From Thermodesulfovibrionales bacterium (GTDB taxonomy: Bacteria > Nitrospirota > Thermodesulfovibrionia > Thermodesulfovibrionales > SM23-35), in NCBI GenBank assembly GCA_963715195.1, contig CAVQRT010000008.1, positions 32,001-96,000 of the forward strand: a stretch of DNA of 64,000 nucleotides, in the 5' to 3' direction. The position numbers and the translations under genes are program-made. The notes beneath the pieces were generated by a model. That model saw only the letters and a program-made list of their open reading frames with translations, did no database searches and was not told where the DNA came from. The first letter of the stretch is position 1. Each line of letters starts with the position of its first letter. Shown piece after piece: positions 8,675-18,542 of the stretch.

Positions 8675-9688
8675 GTGGATGACCTTTTTTCTCTCAGGGA
8701 TTCATTCCGGAAAGAATCCGCATCAGTTAACTCTCTGGCCGGACTTCAGAAACTGAGGATACAGTACCTGGGGAAAAAGGGTCTTGTTACGGAAAAGCTC
8801 AAGGCCCTGTCATCGATTGATCCTGAACAGCGCCCGGCCTACGGCAAGGCGGTCAACGAAATAAAAGCATTCATTGAAGAACAGCTCCGTCAAACCGAAT
8901 CTCTCCTTAAATCACAGGAGTATCAAAAGAGTATTCTCAGCGACTCTCTCGATGTAACCCTGCCGGGCAGGTATACCCCTCTCGGCAAAGAACATCCAAT
9001 TCAGCAGGTGCTTTCCGAAATAACCGGTATCTTTTCCTCCATGGGATTTGAGGTCGGAGAGGGACCCGAGGTCGAACTCGACTACTATAATTTTGAAGCG
9101 CTGAACATGCCGAAAAACCATCCTGCACGGGATATGCAGGATACGTTTTATATTTCTGATGAGGTCGTTCTCAGGACGCATACCTCGCCGGTGCAGATAC
9201 GGGTGATGGAAAAGAGGACCCCCCCGTTGAAGGTTGTTGCTCCCGGAAAAGTATACCGTTGTGATGCCGATGTCTCCCACACCCCGATGTTTCATCAGGT
9301 TGAGGGTTTTATGGTGGATACGGATATTGCTTTCAGTGACCTCAAAGGCGTACTGCAGCTTTTTATCCATACCATGTTCAGTACAGAAACTCCGGTGAGA
9401 TTCAGGCCGAGTTTTTTCCCTTTTACCGAGCCAAGCGCAGAGGTGGATATTGGCTGCATTTTCTGCGCAGGAAAAGGATGCAGTGTCTGCAAGCAAACAG
9501 GATGGCTCGAGATACTGGGTGCAGGCATGATTCATCCGCGGGTCTTTGAATATGTGGGATACGACCCTGAGTTGTATACGGGATTTGCCTTCGGCATGGG
9601 AGTCGAGCGTATTACCATGCTGAAGTTTCGCATTGACGACATCAGGCTCTTTTTCGAAAACGATCTGCGGTTCCTCAGGCAGTTCTGA
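8675..9688 (+). CDS. pheS: Phenylalanine--tRNA ligase alpha subunit
   Basis: HPARDMQDTFY, LRTHTSPVQ, FRPSFFPFTEPSAE, GFAFGMGVER. Confidence 0.97.
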   Translation: MDDLFSLRDSFRKESASVNSLAGLQKLRIQYLGKKGLVTEKLKALSSIDPEQRPAYGKAVNEIKAFIEEQLRQTESLLKSQEYQKSILSDSLDVTLPGRYTPLGKEHPIQQVLSEITGIFSSMGFEVGEGPEVELDYYNFEALNMPKNHPARDMQDTFYISDEVVLRTHTSPVQIRVMEKRTPPLKVVAPGKVYRCDADVSHTPMFHQVEGFMVDTDIAFSDLKGVLQLFIHTMFSTETPVRFRPSFFPFTEPSAEVDIGCIFCAGKGCSVCKQTGWLEILGAGMIHPRVFEYVGYDPELYTGFAFGMGVERITMLKFRIDDIRLFFENDLRFLRQF

Positions 9689-9720
9689 TACTATCTGTTA
9701 CGCAAATGTAACTCGTCCCC

Positions 9721-9749
9721 TTGTCAATCATATTCCGCACGGATATAAT
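9721..9749 (+). promoter_or_regulatory. Near-consensus sigma70 promoter immediately before pheT (leaderless geometry)
   Basis: TTGTCA-17 nt-TATAAT, then 7 nt to ATG 9757; no SD. Confidence 0.7.
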
Positions 9750-9756
9750 ACACGTC

Positions 9757-11829
9757 ATGCGGATTCCTTACACGTGGCTCAAGGATTTCATAGAGTTCAG
9801 CCCTCCTCCCGAGGAAATTGCCCAAATGCTTACGATGACGGGCCTCGAAGTTGAAGGCACCGAGACTCTCGGAAACGATACCATTTTTGAAGTCAATGTT
9901 ACACCAAACAGGCCGGATTGTCTCAGCATTCTGGGGATAGCAAGAGAATTAGCGGCGGTTCTCAGCAGCCCCCTGAAAATTCCTCTCCATGAAATCAATG
10001 GCGTGCAACCGGTCTCAGAATATTCAATCGAAATTCTGAATCCCGATCTCTGCAACAGGTATACAGGGCGGGTTGTGACCGGGGTCAGAATCTCGGATTC
10101 GCCGGATTGGGTTGTGGAGCGGCTCGAAAAATGCGGAATCCGGTCAATCAACAATATTGTTGATATCACAAACTATGTGCTCCTGGAGTTTGGTCATCCC
10201 CTTCACGCATTTGATGCCGATCTGCTGACCGGAAAACAGGTGAGGGTGGGCACCCCCAACGCAATAAGAGGGCATCTGCAGGAGACGAAAATGCAGACGC
10301 TTGATGGTGCAGAGCGCGAAATACCAGGTGATTCGTTGCTGATATGGGACGCTGAAAAACCCATCGCTGTTGCGGGTGTCATGGGTGGTTTGGACACAGA
10401 AGTAACCGACCGGACGAGGAATATCTTTCTCGAAAGCGCCTATTTTGATCCGGTCTCGATACGGAAAACATCCAAAAAACTCTGTCTGATCAGTGAATCC
10501 TCTTACCGGTTTGAGCGGGGAACAGATGTGGAATTCCTTGAAAAGGCTTTGGATCGTGCTGCCCGGCTGATGAAAGAAATTGCAGGCGGGACGGTCCATG
10601 CCATTCTTGATGCGTATCCGGTTCCCTATGTGGCTGAACCGATTACAGTCCGGCAGGAAAGAATAAACCGAATTCTGGGCACTGGACTTGCGAATGACGA
10701 CATGGTCGAAATTCTGGAGAGACTGGGGATACCTTCGGAAGCGAAGGGCGGCGAGATTATCGTATACCCCCCTGCACACCGGCGCGATATGAAAAGGGAA
10801 TGTGACGTATCTGAGGAGGTGGCACGGATATACGGCTTCGACAAAATTCAGACAACAGTATCCCGAAGTCCCCTTTCATCAGGGAGATTGAGCAGGAGAT
10901 CACTCGCTGTCCAGCAGATTCGTGAAACTATGAGGAAAGCGGGTTTTTCTGCTGTTATCAATTACAGTTTTATGAACATGGCAAGTCTCGATACTATGGG
11001 AATTGCTGATGCAGACGAGAGGCGCAATGCCGTCTCTATCAGCAATCCTCTCAGCCAGGATGAATGTCTCTTGCGAACGACATTGGCTCCTTCCCTGATC
11101 TCTAATCTGCGATATAATCTTGACAGAGGGATGAAGGAGGTTCGACTCTTCGAGATATCGAGTGTGTTTGTGAATACCGGGCAAACCCTCCCCTCGGAAC
11201 AATTGAGGCTTGGCGGAATATGGTACAGGGAGAAAACACCTTCACTCTGGAGAGAGGATGTGCCCGGGTTCTATCTCGCGAAAGGAGCATTGCAAGCGCT
11301 CTTCGAAGAGGTAAAAGTGAGATCGTGTGAGTTCATCCCTTCTTCGGAATTATTTTTACATGCGGGACAGTCAGCCGATATTATTGTCTCAGGTTCCCGG
11401 ATCGGGTATATAGGGGTTCCCGGTCCTCACGTCATGGACAGTCTTCATGTAAAGAAGATTAAACCGGAAATTGTTCTTTTTGAAGTTGACCTTGAACTGC
11501 TCCTGGCCGCAGCACCTGATTCGATACAATTCCATCCTCTGGCAAAATACCCTTCTGTTGAACGCGATATCGCTGTCGTGCTCGATGAAACGATTCCATC
11601 TTCCCGCATCCGGGAAATCATTGCATCCTATCCAACAGAACTGATAGAAGAGGTCTCCGTATTCGATTATTTCAAGGGCGGCAATATCCCGGAGGGCAGG
11701 AAAAGCCTCGCATTGAATATTCTCTACAGAGCTCAGGACAGGACCCTCACGGATGGGGAGATCGAAGAACTTCATGCCAAACTGGTGAAAGAGGTTCTTG
11801 AAAAGTCGGGTGGGGAGTTGAGGGCATGA
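9757..11829 (+). CDS. pheT: Phenylalanine--tRNA ligase beta subunit (short form lacking B2 OB domain)
   Basis: MRIPYTWLKDF start, VTPNRPDCLSILGIARE, VDITNYVLLEFGHPLHAFD, SYRFERG, DVSEEVARIYG, C-terminal FDX-ACB (RDIAV...KSLA...RTLTD). Confidence 0.96.
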   Translation: MRIPYTWLKDFIEFSPPPEEIAQMLTMTGLEVEGTETLGNDTIFEVNVTPNRPDCLSILGIARELAAVLSSPLKIPLHEINGVQPVSEYSIEILNPDLCNRYTGRVVTGVRISDSPDWVVERLEKCGIRSINNIVDITNYVLLEFGHPLHAFDADLLTGKQVRVGTPNAIRGHLQETKMQTLDGAEREIPGDSLLIWDAEKPIAVAGVMGGLDTEVTDRTRNIFLESAYFDPVSIRKTSKKLCLISESSYRFERGTDVEFLEKALDRAARLMKEIAGGTVHAILDAYPVPYVAEPITVRQERINRILGTGLANDDMVEILERLGIPSEAKGGEIIVYPPAHRRDMKRECDVSEEVARIYGFDKIQTTVSRSPLSSGRLSRRSLAVQQIRETMRKAGFSAVINYSFMNMASLDTMGIADADERRNAVSISNPLSQDECLLRTTLAPSLISNLRYNLDRGMKEVRLFEISSVFVNTGQTLPSEQLRLGGIWYREKTPSLWREDVPGFYLAKGALQALFEEVKVRSCEFIPSSELFLHAGQSADIIVSGSRIGYIGVPGPHVMDSLHVKKIKPEIVLFEVDLELLLAAAPDSIQFHPLAKYPSVERDIAVVLDETIPSSRIREIIASYPTELIEEVSVFDYFKGGNIPEGRKSLALNILYRAQDRTLTDGEIEELHAKLVKEVLEKSGGELRA

Positions 11830-12084
11830 TATGCATCCACCAGCTTTCAGAACTCCAAATGCATATTCATTCCGTCTGACCTTCAATATATTTTGTCTGC
11901 AGGAAGAATGACTGCGCTCCCAAATCCCGGCACTGGGCGGCACTTTGCAGCGCTTTTCCCCCGTCCGGGACAAGGATTCTGACCCCCCAGGCATCAGTGG
12001 TCTCATCCATGCGGGGAGATCATGATTCTTGAAAAGATATCGTTGTGTAATTAACATAGAGAAAAAGAGGTAAGGCAAAGCGAG

Positions 12085-13779
12085 ATGGGCGGCAAAGCAC
12101 GGCCAGACATAAAGTTAGAACTCAGGTATTTCAAACGATATCCATTATCGGTTGATTGCGTTGTCAATTTTCGCCGCGCAGCGTTTCCCGCAAAAACGGT
12201 TGATTACTCGTTCAACGGGCTGAGTATTGTGATAGCATCTGCCCCTCACATCGTGCCCGGTGACGTTTTAACACTGCAGATCAGCGCCTTACATCTCTGT
12301 CAAACAGCCCGTGTCCAATGGACAGCTCAAACATCATCAGGACTCAGGGCAGGTCTTCTGAAAGAAGGAGTGTTCAGGGGTGCTCTTTCTCACTACAGCC
12401 TCGCGGACATTCTTATAGGCTTTCAAAAAACACTGAAGACCGGGATTCTCGATATAAAACAAGGCGCAATGAACAAGATACTCTATATCAGGAAAGGAGA
12501 CGTGATATACGCATTCTCAAATCAGCCCGAAGATCAACTCGGGAGGCTGCTGCTGCGCCGTCGGGGGATCACTCAGGAGCAGCATGCCTTTGCCATGGAA
12601 CAAGAGCGGAAGACGGGCAGACGGTATCCCGAAATATTGGTCAGGGCGGGTATTCTCAGTGCCGAGCGCCTTGTGTCTTTCCGAAAATTGCAGTTGCAAA
12701 TGATCATAAAGAGCCTGTTCACGGCAACAGATGCACAGTTTGAATTTCATCGAAAATCTTTTTCTTTGCCGGACATCCCGTCATTGTCAGCGCCCATCGC
12801 AAATATCATATTTCACGAGGTGAAAAAGAGTGCTGATGTTGTTCTTCTTGAGGAATACCTCCTCGACAGAGTTGTCGATTTTTCTCCGACTCCTCTGAAT
12901 CTTTTTCAGCATATCAATCTGGAAGATCATGACAGGGCGATTATTTCCCTTGTGGATGGAAAGACAACCATTGAAGAAATCACGAAACTCTCACCATATG
13001 ACGCATCGAATACGTTGAAAACTCTCTATGCGTTTTTAGAAACGCGCATTCTGGAGATCAAACCAAACAAAGCAACTCCACAGGGGATTGCCTTTGAAGA
13101 AGTGATCGAAAAAATACAGGTTACTCCCGATGCTCTGATCGAGAAAATAGAAAACTTGTATAAGACATATTCTGCCTTAAGCTATTACGACGTGTTAGGT
13201 GTCCAGAAGACGGCCACCGGAGAAGAGATAAAAAAAGCTTATTTTAAACTCGCGAAGGAATTTCATCCTGATCTGCATTTCAATCTCCCGAGAGATATGA
13301 AAAAGAAACTGCTGGAAGTTTTCATCTGTATGACGAACGCGTATCTGACGCTGCGTGATCCCGAAAAGCGGAAAACCTATAGCCCCCGCGAAGACTGCAC
13401 ACGGATAAAGCAGCCCAATACCATGAAAAACCAGGATATTGCTGAATCCAAATTTGCAGAGGGCCAGTACAAATTCAGAAAGCAGGACTTCGAAAAAGCA
13501 GCGGATCTCTTTGCTTCAGCAATATATTTCGATCATTCTGTAGCACGGTATTATTTTTATTATGGTTCCGCACTCGCTAAGATCGGGAAACAGAGAGAGG
13601 CGCTTGAGGCTCTCAAGAAGGCGCTTGAGCTCAAACCTTCAGATCCGGATATCCTTGCAGAGATGGGTCATGTCTATTTACAACTGGGGTTCCCGCTCAG
13701 GGCTCAGGGATACTTTAAGAAGATCCTTCAAAAACATCCTTCCCATAAGAGGGCGCTTGAGGGAATGGCAATAACGTAG
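12085..13779 (+). CDS. PilZ - DUF4388/MshEN-like - DnaJ - TPR multidomain protein
   Basis: PilZ motifs RYFKR and DYSFNG; G.L....LADIL...KTGIL (DUF4388); QLGRLLLRRRGIT.EQ; J-domain YYDVLGV...IKKAYFKLAKEFHPD; C-terminal TPRs. Confidence 0.85.
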   Translation: MGGKARPDIKLELRYFKRYPLSVDCVVNFRRAAFPAKTVDYSFNGLSIVIASAPHIVPGDVLTLQISALHLCQTARVQWTAQTSSGLRAGLLKEGVFRGALSHYSLADILIGFQKTLKTGILDIKQGAMNKILYIRKGDVIYAFSNQPEDQLGRLLLRRRGITQEQHAFAMEQERKTGRRYPEILVRAGILSAERLVSFRKLQLQMIIKSLFTATDAQFEFHRKSFSLPDIPSLSAPIANIIFHEVKKSADVVLLEEYLLDRVVDFSPTPLNLFQHINLEDHDRAIISLVDGKTTIEEITKLSPYDASNTLKTLYAFLETRILEIKPNKATPQGIAFEEVIEKIQVTPDALIEKIENLYKTYSALSYYDVLGVQKTATGEEIKKAYFKLAKEFHPDLHFNLPRDMKKKLLEVFICMTNAYLTLRDPEKRKTYSPREDCTRIKQPNTMKNQDIAESKFAEGQYKFRKQDFEKAADLFASAIYFDHSVARYYFYYGSALAKIGKQREALEALKKALELKPSDPDILAEMGHVYLQLGFPLRAQGYFKKILQKHPSHKRALEGMAIT

Positions 13780-13829
13780 ACTCCTGGGTGCACCCTTTTG
13801 CCTGCTTTCCTCATATGCCCCCCGTTCCC

Positions 13830-13877
13830 TTGACTTTCCCCCATCACCCTGCTTAAATAGAAACGAATTCTATTTAA
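13830..13877 (+). promoter_or_regulatory. Promoter with overlapping Zur/Fur-type operator
   Basis: TTGACT (13830-35)-17 nt-TTAAAT; perfect inverted repeat TTAAATAGAA-ACGAA-TTCTATTTAA (13853-13877). Confidence 0.75.
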
Positions 13878-14332
13878 TGCGGGCAGGTATGAACGAAGAT
13901 CTTACGGCATCCCTCAGACGTCTGAACCTTAAGGTAACCCCCAAAAGAATTGCCATCATTGAAATACTCATGGGGGCGTCCGGGTATCTGAGCCCTGAGG
14001 AGATCTGGAGCAAAATGAAAAAACGGTTTAACCATATTGGCCTTCCGACGGTATACCGGAATCTGGAAGAACTTGCGAAAGGGAATATTATATCCAAGAT
14101 TACCCACCCGAACCGGCAGCTCTACTACTTTTTCTGCGGCAACAGCGAACATCATCACCATTTCGTGTGCCTGTCGTGCCATACGGTGGATGATATCAGC
14201 TTCTGTGCGATCCGTGAGTTGCAAAAAGAGGTCAGGAAAAAACTGAATGCGCAGGTTGTCTCCCACATTCTCCAGGTGAACGGGCTTTGCAAAGAGTGCC
14301 TGAAAAAAAGCCTTAAAGAGGATCCTGCATGA
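13877..14332 (+). CDS. zur: Fur-family regulator, probably Zur
   Basis: KVTPKR, IGLPTVYRNL, HHHHFVCLSC and GLCKEC; heads a Zn ABC operon (alternative start 13889). Confidence 0.85.
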   Translation: MRAGMNEDLTASLRRLNLKVTPKRIAIIEILMGASGYLSPEEIWSKMKKRFNHIGLPTVYRNLEELAKGNIISKITHPNRQLYYFFCGNSEHHHHFVCLSCHTVDDISFCAIRELQKEVRKKLNAQVVSHILQVNGLCKECLKKSLKEDPA

Positions 14333-15306
14333 AGAAAGGAATATTATCGGTTTCCATACCGTTGCTGCTCATACTACTGATGTCCTTTTCGTGCAGCAAA
14401 AAAGAGGCGGTTCCGGTCGGGTATAAAACAATCAAAGTGGTAACAACACTGTTCCCGCTTTATGATTTTGCGAGAAATGTAGGTGGAGAGACGGTTCAGA
14501 TCGAACTGCTGCTCCCTCCCGGCATTGAGCCACACAGTTTTGAACCCAAGCCTGCTGACATCCGTAAAATCAGTGAGGCAGATCTGTTATTTTATACCGG
14601 AAAGTTCATGGAGCCCTGGGTTGAGGATGTTCTGAAAGGAGTTGCCAGCAGAAATCTGCTCGTGGTCGATACGAGCACCGGTATTATGACCGCTGAAGGC
14701 CGTGATCTGCAGGGGCATCACCAAGGCGACAAGCACCCTGAAGGGAAACGCGGACATCGTCATGAACCTGGGGTGAAAGACCCCCATATCTGGCTTGACT
14801 TTTCGAATGCCAAAATAATGGTGGGGAATATTCTCAATGGCTTTATTGCCAAAGATCCCTCCAACAGGCGTATTTACATGAAAAACGCAGAAGCATACAC
14901 TATGGAATTATCGATGCTCGACAAACGATTTCGTGATGGACTTTCCTCATGCAGGAAAGATAAGATCATTCACGGGGGACATTTCGCCTTCGGGTATCTC
15001 GCGAGGAGATATCACCTGCAGTATCTTTCGGCGTATAAGGGATTTTCACCCAATGCGGAACCTGCCCCCGGCGATATTATAGAATTGATCCAAAATCTCA
15101 GGAAGCATCGTCTGAACTATATCTTTTTTGAAGAATTGGTTTCGTCTAATGTTGCTGAGACTATCGGACGTGAAACCGGCGCTCAACTTTTGATGCTTCA
15201 CGGGGCTCATAATATTTCGAAGGATGATTGGGATCAGAACGTGACCTTTTTGTCTTTGATGGAGAATAACCTGAAGAACCTTAGGATCGGTCTTGAATGT
15301 CAATGA
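14329..15306 (+). CDS. znuA: Zn/Mn ABC transporter substrate-binding lipoprotein
   Basis: Lipobox (SFSC), EPHSFEP, His-rich loop, DPHIWLD, HFAFGYLA. Confidence 0.88.
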   Translation: MKKGILSVSIPLLLILLMSFSCSKKEAVPVGYKTIKVVTTLFPLYDFARNVGGETVQIELLLPPGIEPHSFEPKPADIRKISEADLLFYTGKFMEPWVEDVLKGVASRNLLVVDTSTGIMTAEGRDLQGHHQGDKHPEGKRGHRHEPGVKDPHIWLDFSNAKIMVGNILNGFIAKDPSNRRIYMKNAEAYTMELSMLDKRFRDGLSSCRKDKIIHGGHFAFGYLARRYHLQYLSAYKGFSPNAEPAPGDIIELIQNLRKHRLNYIFFEELVSSNVAETIGRETGAQLLMLHGAHNISKDDWDQNVTFLSLMENNLKNLRIGLECQ

Positions 15307-16052
15307 CGATTGTTACCGTCAATAATCTCAGTTTCCGGTATAACTCCATGGACGTGTTGAGTAATATTTCATTTGATGTCAATGCTGGTGACTTCATAGG
15401 ATTGGTAGGTCCGAACGGATCCGGGAAGACGACGGCAATCAAGGTGATACTGGGGCTTTTGAAACAGACGAACGGTGCTGTCTCACTGTTCGGAACGAAT
15501 GTGAATAATTTCAGAGACTGGAGAAAGGTCGGATATCTTCCGCAGAAACTAACACATTTCAATCCTTACTTTCCCGCAACGGTGAAGGAGATTGTCTCAT
15601 CCGGGTTGTTCTCGTCAAAAAAATTCCCGAAAAGGATTCAGCGGTCTGATGAGGCTTTGATTGATGAAGCTCTGAACATGACGGATGTTGCAGATATCAG
15701 AGACGAGATGATCGGGGAACTTTCAGGAGGCCAGCAGCAACGGGTTCTCCTTGCCCGTGCGGTCATCAACCGACCGGAACTGCTGATTCTTGATGAACCG
15801 ACGACGGCTCTGGATCCTGAAGCGCGGGAAAAGTTTTTTCAGACGATTATGGGACTGAACCAAACCAGGAACATGACAATCATTCTCATCACCCACGATA
15901 TAGCAAGCATAGGCAAATATGCATTCAAACTCCTGTATCTCGACAAGCAGATTATCTTTTACGGAAGTTTCGAAGACTTCTGCGTGTCGGAAAAGATGAC
16001 AAATTACTTCGGGGAATTCACACAACACCTCATATGCCACAGGCATGATTAA
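15297..16052 (+). CDS. znuC: Zn ABC transporter ATPase
   Basis: GPNGSGKT, LSGGQQQRV, LILDEPT, ITHD. Confidence 0.88.
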   Translation: MSMTIVTVNNLSFRYNSMDVLSNISFDVNAGDFIGLVGPNGSGKTTAIKVILGLLKQTNGAVSLFGTNVNNFRDWRKVGYLPQKLTHFNPYFPATVKEIVSSGLFSSKKFPKRIQRSDEALIDEALNMTDVADIRDEMIGELSGGQQQRVLLARAVINRPELLILDEPTTALDPEAREKFFQTIMGLNQTRNMTIILITHDIASIGKYAFKLLYLDKQIIFYGSFEDFCVSEKMTNYFGEFTQHLICHRHD

Positions 16053-16054
16053 GT

Positions 16055-16876
16055 ATGGAGATCTTTAGTTTCTTCCAGTATGCATTCATGTGGAGAGCCG
16101 TCATAGCCGGTTCCTTCATTGCACTGGTCTGTGCCATTCTGGGGGTTCTCCTCGTATTGCGGCGGCTTTCGCTGATAGGGGACGGACTTGCGCATGTTAC
16201 GTTCGGGAGTGTGGCGGTAGGGCTGCTCTTCAAGCAGCATCCCGTGTATCTTTCGATCCCTATCGTCATGGCCAGTTCATTGGGTATCATGAAACTAACC
16301 GAGAAAGCGAGGCTATTCGGAGATGCGGCAATCGGCATTGTTTCCTCCCTGGGGATCGCAGGGGGAATTATCATTGCCAGTGTTGCCGGCGGTTTCAACA
16401 TCGATATCTTCAGTTTCCTCTTCGGCAACATTCTGGCGATCAGCCGGACGGAGGTTTTGACATCAATTGCCCTTTCGATCGTCGTGCTTCTTGTTATCTT
16501 TTTTTTCTATCACGAGCATTTTTCGACTGCCTTTGACGAAGAGTTTGCAAAAATATCCGGAATTGACACGGGAAAGATCAATGCCATCCTTGTTCTTCTG
16601 ACGGGTATAACGGTTGTCCTCGCCATGAAGATTGTTGGGATCATGCTCACCTCATCACTGCTGATCCTTCCACCGGTAACGGCACTGCAGATCGCACGGA
16701 GCTTCAAAAATACCATGGTCGTTTCAGCACTATGCAGCATCATATCGGTTATCACCGGTATCTCTGCATCTTTTGTCCTGAACCTGCCGACGGGTGCGAC
16801 AATTGTCATCGTGAATTTTCTGCTTTTTGTAACAGCATATACCTATAAGAGCGCTATCCAGAGCAAATACCATTAA
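16055..16876 (+). CDS. znuB: Zn ABC transporter permease (ABC-3)
   Basis: LVLRRLSLIGDGLAH, FLFGNILAI, VGIMLTSSLLILP. Confidence 0.88.
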   Translation: MEIFSFFQYAFMWRAVIAGSFIALVCAILGVLLVLRRLSLIGDGLAHVTFGSVAVGLLFKQHPVYLSIPIVMASSLGIMKLTEKARLFGDAAIGIVSSLGIAGGIIIASVAGGFNIDIFSFLFGNILAISRTEVLTSIALSIVVLLVIFFFYHEHFSTAFDEEFAKISGIDTGKINAILVLLTGITVVLAMKIVGIMLTSSLLILPPVTALQIARSFKNTMVVSALCSIISVITGISASFVLNLPTGATIVIVNFLLFVTAYTYKSAIQSKYH

Positions 16877-16998
16877 ATTCCTCTCGCACAATAATCTGAG
16901 GGGAAATCAGCATGAATCTCTCCTTAAACGAGTCTCTAGGCGACCCGACAAGCGGGACTGATACTTATTGGAACAGAGTCCACTATGAATACTGCAGG

Positions 16999-17826
16999 TT
17001 AAAAGATATCGTGGCGGGAATGGGGGATGAGGCCTTTCTTTTCAGCCTCTGCGAGGAGGAAACGAATTGCCTGCTCACCCGCTGTCCCGATATCCAGTGA
17101 ATATTCGTTTACATATAAATCAATGTGCTGACGGGCAACCGATTCGTCCATTTCCTGTGCGTATCTGCGGATGTATGCCCGGGGCTCTTCCGGATGCATT
17201 TGGGCATACCGGATGCTCTCGCGGATCTTTTCTTCTATGAGATATGACAGCTCCCTGTGCAGGTGCCGTCTCATGATGATGCCGCCAAGAGGAATCGGGT
17301 ACCCGGTCGACTGCTCCCACCATTCACCCAAATCCAGAATCTTCTGAAGGCCGAATTTCCGATAGGTGAAACGGCTCTCATGAATGACAAGCCCTGCCTC
17401 GGTTCTTCCCTGTTGAACAGACTGCATAACCTGATGAAACGGCATAACAACGAAATTTCGAATCACGGGATCATAGAGACGGAGCAGCAAAAAGGCGGTT
17501 GTGAGTTCCCCCGGGATAGCGACGCGCTGGCGGCGTAGATCGCTTGAGGTAGATCCTTCCCGGGCTACGACGAGCGGACCGCAGCCTTTCCCCAGTGCTC
17601 CTCCTGAACGGAGGAGTGCATAGTGATCCCGGAGGTGTGCGAAGGCATGAAATGATATTTTTGTGATATCCAATTCATTCCGGGTGGCCAGCCTGTTTAG
17701 GGTCTCGACGTCTTCCAGCCGTTCAGTAAACGATATGCCTTCCAAGGGGATCCTGTTGTGGACGAGAGCATAGAAGATGAATGTGTCGTTCGGACATGGG
17801 GAATAACCCAGGGACAGATTCTTCAC
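16999..17826 (-). CDS. mqnD: 1,4-dihydroxy-6-naphthoate synthase (futalosine menaquinone pathway)
   Basis: LGYSPCPNDTFIF, DVETLN, GALGKGCGP, IHESRFTY, IPLGG, HIDLYVNEYS; GTG 17826 overlaps the mqnB stop. Confidence 0.92.
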   Translation of the reverse strand: MKNLSLGYSPCPNDTFIFYALVHNRIPLEGISFTERLEDVETLNRLATRNELDITKISFHAFAHLRDHYALLRSGGALGKGCGPLVVAREGSTSSDLRRQRVAIPGELTTAFLLLRLYDPVIRNFVVMPFHQVMQSVQQGRTEAGLVIHESRFTYRKFGLQKILDLGEWWEQSTGYPIPLGGIIMRRHLHRELSYLIEEKIRESIRYAQMHPEEPRAYIRRYAQEMDESVARQHIDLYVNEYSLDIGTAGEQAIRFLLAEAEKKGLIPHSRHDIF

Positions 17827-18542
17827 AGGGCTTTCCCCCAGTGCAAAACAATTTCTCTGGCCGCATTCTGACTGATACGGGCGGCAGAGGACAGGTCCCA
17901 TTCTCTCTTGTTCCGCTTTTTCACCATATTACTGATGCCGCGAATTTCCAGAAAGGGAATGTCATAGAGAATGCATAATTGAGCTACCGATGCCCCCTCC
18001 ATGTTTTCACAAATACCCCTGAAACGCTTTTCCATTTCGTCGGTCTTCTCCTTTGTACCCGTGACCTCAGAAACGGTAACAAATGCTCCTGTTTTCGCCC
18101 GGAACCCCTTTAGGATTTTTTTCGCTCTCTTCACAATTTTCTGATCTATCGGAAATCTGTTGTAAAAACTTTGCTGATCCCTCCTGAGGAGCGGGAGTTT
18201 CAGATATTCCATTGATCTCCACCCTCGCGGAGTTATGACCCCCTCATCCCCGAAGATTTCCTCACTGGCAATTGCCAAATCACCAACGATCAGCCCCGAT
18301 CTCGGATAAGCGCCGCCGCATCCAATCAGGAGAAGAAGATCAGGCCTCAAATGTTCCAGCAACAGAGTTGTGCCGTGAGCAGCATTGGTTTTTCCGACGC
18401 CTACTGGAAAAATGACGACCGGGACAGAACCAAGCCTGCCCTTGAGGGCCGAAGATTGACCGATGGCAACAGGACGGGGGCGGATTAACTGGCCGGAAAG
18501 CAGAGCTGTTTCAAATGGTGTGGCTGCGGTCACGATAATCAT
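17823..18542 (-). CDS. mqnB: Futalosine hydrolase (PNP/MTAN family)
   Basis: GVGKTNAA, IGCGGAY, ENMEGA, EIRGISN; adjacent to mqnD. Confidence 0.9.
   Translation of the reverse strand: MIIVTAATPFETALLSGQLIRPRPVAIGQSSALKGRLGSVPVVIFPVGVGKTNAAHGTTLLLEHLRPDLLLLIGCGGAYPRSGLIVGDLAIASEEIFGDEGVITPRGWRSMEYLKLPLLRRDQQSFYNRFPIDQKIVKRAKKILKGFRAKTGAFVTVSEVTGTKEKTDEMEKRFRGICENMEGASVAQLCILYDIPFLEIRGISNMVKKRNKREWDLSSAARISQNAAREIVLHWGKAL

Noticed and set aside
11389..12078. 229-aa minus-strand ORF
   Set aside because: It is mostly antisense to pheT and has no recognisable domain.
12070..12115. GGCAAA...GGCGGCAAAGC..CGGCC resembling a c-di-GMP-I riboswitch before the PilZ gene
   Set aside because: The P2/P3 stems cannot be formed and the segment overlaps the start codon; a cmscan would settle it.
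16912..17100. 62-aa ORF after znuB
   Set aside because: It overlaps the mqnD 3' end on the opposite strand and has no motif; a weak SD alone is insufficient.
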